Assembly (NCBI GenBank): GCA_036172245.1
Contig: JAYWIR010000003.1
Location: 3,596,001-3,660,000, forward strand
Direction: 5' to 3'
Origin: Raillietiella orientalis
Lineage: Eukaryota
DNA: 64,000 nucleotides
How positions within the stretch are numbered: position 1 is the stretch's first letter; each line of letters begins with the position of its first letter. The translations under genes were made by a program, and so were the position numbers. This document shows positions 61,101 to 64,000 of this stretch, one piece after another. Under the pieces are notes generated by a model. That model saw nothing but the letters and a program-made list of their open reading frames with translations. It searched no databases and had not been told where the DNA came from.

Positions 61101-63345
61101 TTCTGCTCTCTTCCTTCCTTCTCCGCTTCCTCTTCTCTTTTTCCTTCTCCTTCCTTCTCTTTTCCGCCTTCTCGCTTCCTTTCTTTTTCCTTCCTCTTTT
61201 CTTCTTCTCTTCCTCCTCCAAAGCACGAGCTTGAGATGCACTGAATACGACGGAAATGTGATGCTAATGGGCAGGTTGCGCTCGCAGTGCGCTTTGGGAG
61301 AAGCAAGCGTCCAGGTTGAGAGGAGCTGGATGAACTCCCTACCACCTCCAATTCACACTCGACACGAGAAAGAAGCTCTCGTGGCGAGGGACGCCATTTC
61401 CCAGACACGGTTCGTGCAAGAGGGCGTTATTTTTTAACTAAAATTCCTAATTTTATATGAGTGTATAAATGAAATTTTGTGAGCTGATTGACTACATGCG
61501 GTCGGAGATGGGCGGCGTGGCCAAGTGGAGAGACTGACTGGATGACCCACGCGCCCGTGCTCGACCCACGCTGGAGAGCGTCGCCGAAAAAGGCTCTCGG
61601 ACCGACGTGAACCAGGCTCGAAAGCTGACGGTCTCGAGTTTGCGGGCGTTGGCCGATCGCGACCCGGCCTCGGAGCACGGAAGATCTCGGACTCGGAAAG
61701 TAGCGAGAAGAAGGCAAGCAGTTCCTGAGGTGACCCCTGCTTCCCGTTTGCGATGGACAGCATGCGGCATGAGACGGAGCTCCTGGCATGAGTTTAGAAG
61801 GACGAAGGGAAGGGGAATAAAGGGCCCTCTTGCCCCCGGTCCTTGCAGTTCTTCTTTTCCCCCCTCACTCTGCTTGTGCTGCTACAGGTCTCCGCACTCC
61901 CAGACACTTTTTGTTCCAGATCTGGCTGCCACTGCTACTGTTATCACCCTCGTGGCACTGCTTTCGCACAGTCTGTCCCCCATAAGACCGGCCTGGCGTC
62001 TCCCTTCCGCCGGACGCAACACTGGGCCACTTGGAAACACAGCAACGGACCTCCTCCCGGCGAGAAGTGGGCGGAATCTGCCGTGTCGAGGACACCTGTC
62101 CAGCCCCCTGACATCCCCTTTCTTTTCTTTCTCCCCTATTTTTTTTTTTCCTCACCTCTTCCCGAGGGACCGGAGCGCGTGGCACTGGGGTGCGGGAGGG
62201 ATGCCGCCGACTCTCTGCGCGGCGCCCAGAGAGCTCGGGCTTCTGCGGCAACGGGGATCGCCCGGCCGTGGAAGAAAAAAAAAAGCAGCAGACTCTGCTA
62301 GTGCGAGGAGGTCTGTGAGAAGAGACTGGTAGGGGGGGCAGACTCCGGAGGGTGGTGGAGCAAGGAGTCGTTTTCGGCGATCTGGAGCCGCTGGCTCCAC
62401 GTCGCTGGAGTCTCAGCGGATCAGACCGCATCCGAGGAAGGAATGGGTCGAAGGAAAATCCTGAAAGGGTCATCCAGTCCCGCTGCTCCTCGTGAAATCA
62501 GAGCGGCGCTTCCTTCCGGGAACATCAAGGCCATGCGGGAGCGATCTGCGGCACACGGGCGACCGACTCGGGTCGGTGCACAAAGAGCGGGTGCTCTGGG
62601 GTTTTCGCGTGCAGAGCAGAAAGCACGACGGCCCGGAGCCTCTAGGCACCCAACGCTAGTGCTCGCATGCACCCGGGGGTTGCCAAGAGGCCCCACCTGG
62701 TGAAGAGAAGTGAGGGATGAACGCTCCCCTTTCCCTCGGGGAAGTGAACTCTTCCGGAGAGTCTGCGGAAGAGTTCGCGGCGAGGGGATTCGACTGAAGG
62801 TCCACAGGAAGTAGAGAGCGCAGAGAACACCACCCTTCCTCGATCCTGCCTCCTTTCATCCCTCCGGGATCCTCGCTCGCATCACTTTACGAACAGTGGC
62901 CACCCCTTCGCATTCGGCGGTCCGCTTCTCGGACTCAGCCGCACCCGTGGAGCCCCCAAAACGTGGGAGAACCTCCCTCACTTTCCCTGCAGACCGCCGT
63001 TTTCATGTCCCTTGAGCGCCTTTCCCTCCCCACCCTCCCGGGTGAGACGTAAAAAGGTTCCTCCCTGAGGCGGCTGGACTCCGGGGCAGCAATGGCGCCG
63101 CACGTTCCACGCGTGCGTGCTAAGACTGGGGCGGAGAGAAGGGTGTGCCTTGCGCCGTACTTGTACACCGCCGCGCCGGCGGCGAGCTGTGCCACGATCA
63201 TGGCGACGGCCCTGGCCGGCGACAGCCTTCCCTGCATCCAGCGCTCTACGTGCCAGTGGGGAGAGGCGGAGGCTCCCTTCCAGACGCGACTCCACCAGGA
63301 GGAGAGCAGGAAGACGTAGATGGAGTACACAGGCAGGCCGAACAC
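58150..63345 (-). CDS. AQP12: Unorthodox aquaporin (AQP11/12-like), 5'-partial; 4 exons in window
   Basis: Minus-strand exons 63161-63345 (VFGLPVYSIYVFLLSSWWSRVWKGASASPHWH...IVAQLAAG), 58993-59083 (YVGRFWTLQLTEFH...CTTDLQ), 58772-58910 (GFLVECAATAAGRL...) and 58150-58325 (FHYSGGYFNPVLATSLKLGC...VYWLGSLAG, TAA). Splice phases are compatible, with canonical GT-AG sites and pyrimidine tracts. SGGYFNPVLAT and CTxDLQ are characteristic of arthropod AQP12-like proteins. The N-terminal exon(s) were not found and probably lie beyond 64000. Confidence 0.92.
59900..60530 (-). mobile_element. Decayed CR1/L2-type LINE RT fragment inside the aquaporin intron
   Basis: ORF 59390..60532 reads RRFPEDFMIF (cf. 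LFADDxxIF), NDSQKRGSNGISDSLPKPSQVETPEFLVMG (cf. NDLxxxxxWxxxNxLKLNxxKTEFLVIG) and GAPIPVQSALTFAKVSAIEDFELDGRI (cf. IPVxxSxKYLGVxxDxxLxFxxHI), in the expected order. Confidence 0.5.
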
Positions 63346-64000
63346 CTGCGACACTGAAAGGAACACAAGATGTAGGGACCTCCCTCCCGGAGGGAGAGCA
63401 CACCCCCACGAGGGGAGCGGGAAGGGCAGGGGATGATGGGAGAGGGTAACGCAGGCATCCCTCCCAGGCACCCCTGCCGCGTAGCGCGCACGAGAGATAG
63501 CAGAAGGGGGGAAGAAAGGGAGGGGATGTCCCTCGGTGGGATCGCCCCACCGATGGGTAGTCCCGCAGCTCCCAGGGGCATCCTTTCTGCGGGTCGCCGC
63601 CGGCAGTTCTCCGTCCTACCGTGACATCTGCGCCTCCCGAGATAACCGTCTTCTCCGAAGGATTCACTGCCCTCTCTCCTGGTTATGGAGGGTCAGAAGG
63701 AGATCGGTCGACTTTGCACGTCGGTGCGTAGAGTCACTGCCTCTTGCGCACAAGGACGAGTGCATTTGACCCGTGGGGGGTGGTGTGGGGGGAGCGAGAA
63801 ACCAAAGCATAAAAGGCACGTCCGAGGGTGGCATCCACGGTATGATTCGCAAACGACATGCTAGATGGTGCTGGCGAAGCGCGCGCTCCTCTCGACGAAG
63901 CAGAAAGTAGGCGCACCGATCGAGACGATAGTCTCAGAGAATTCCTCGAAGCGAAGGTGGCTTTTTGGAAGGTGGAGAGGATAGGGCGTGAAGAAAGTGA

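Noticed and set aside
63346..64000. First aquaporin exon
   Set aside because: No segment resembles the AQP12-like N-terminal helices or has a suitable donor site, so it was treated as intron.

Overview
This is eukaryotic genomic DNA, most likely from an arthropod (inferred from the gene families and intron structure; no species call is possible). I found no prokaryotic operon, CRISPR array, rRNA or intact tRNA. Most entries in the ORF track are spurious open frames caused by high GC. Three protein-coding genes are well supported: (1) a single-coding-exon LRR transmembrane protein at 36023-37780 (+); (2) a 7-exon TRIP4/ASC-1 gene with 44-104 nt introns at 52467-54289 (+); and (3) the last four exons of an unorthodox AQP12-like aquaporin at 58150-63345 (-), whose first NPA box reads SPH. 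The window is compositionally bimodal: GC- and CpG-rich (sampled lines about 65% GC) except for an AT-rich, CpG-depleted island at about 48-57 kb centred on TRIP4. Intergenic and intronic DNA is dense with old non-LTR retrotransposon debris. This includes three copies of a Tx1/L1-like family with a shared 3' end, one internally rearranged and one lacking part of its zinc knuckle, plus many CR1/L2- and RTE-like RT fragments. There are also two TIR-bounded MITE-like elements and degenerate simple repeats. The most interesting pattern is that dead LINE fragments in the GC-rich domain often keep long open frames despite ruined catalytic motifs, whereas the fragment just 3' of TRIP4 in the AT island is full of stops. 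This suggests compartment-specific substitution regimes. I cannot claim a genuinely new biological system from this sequence alone. All homology calls are by eye from remembered motifs and need database confirmation.
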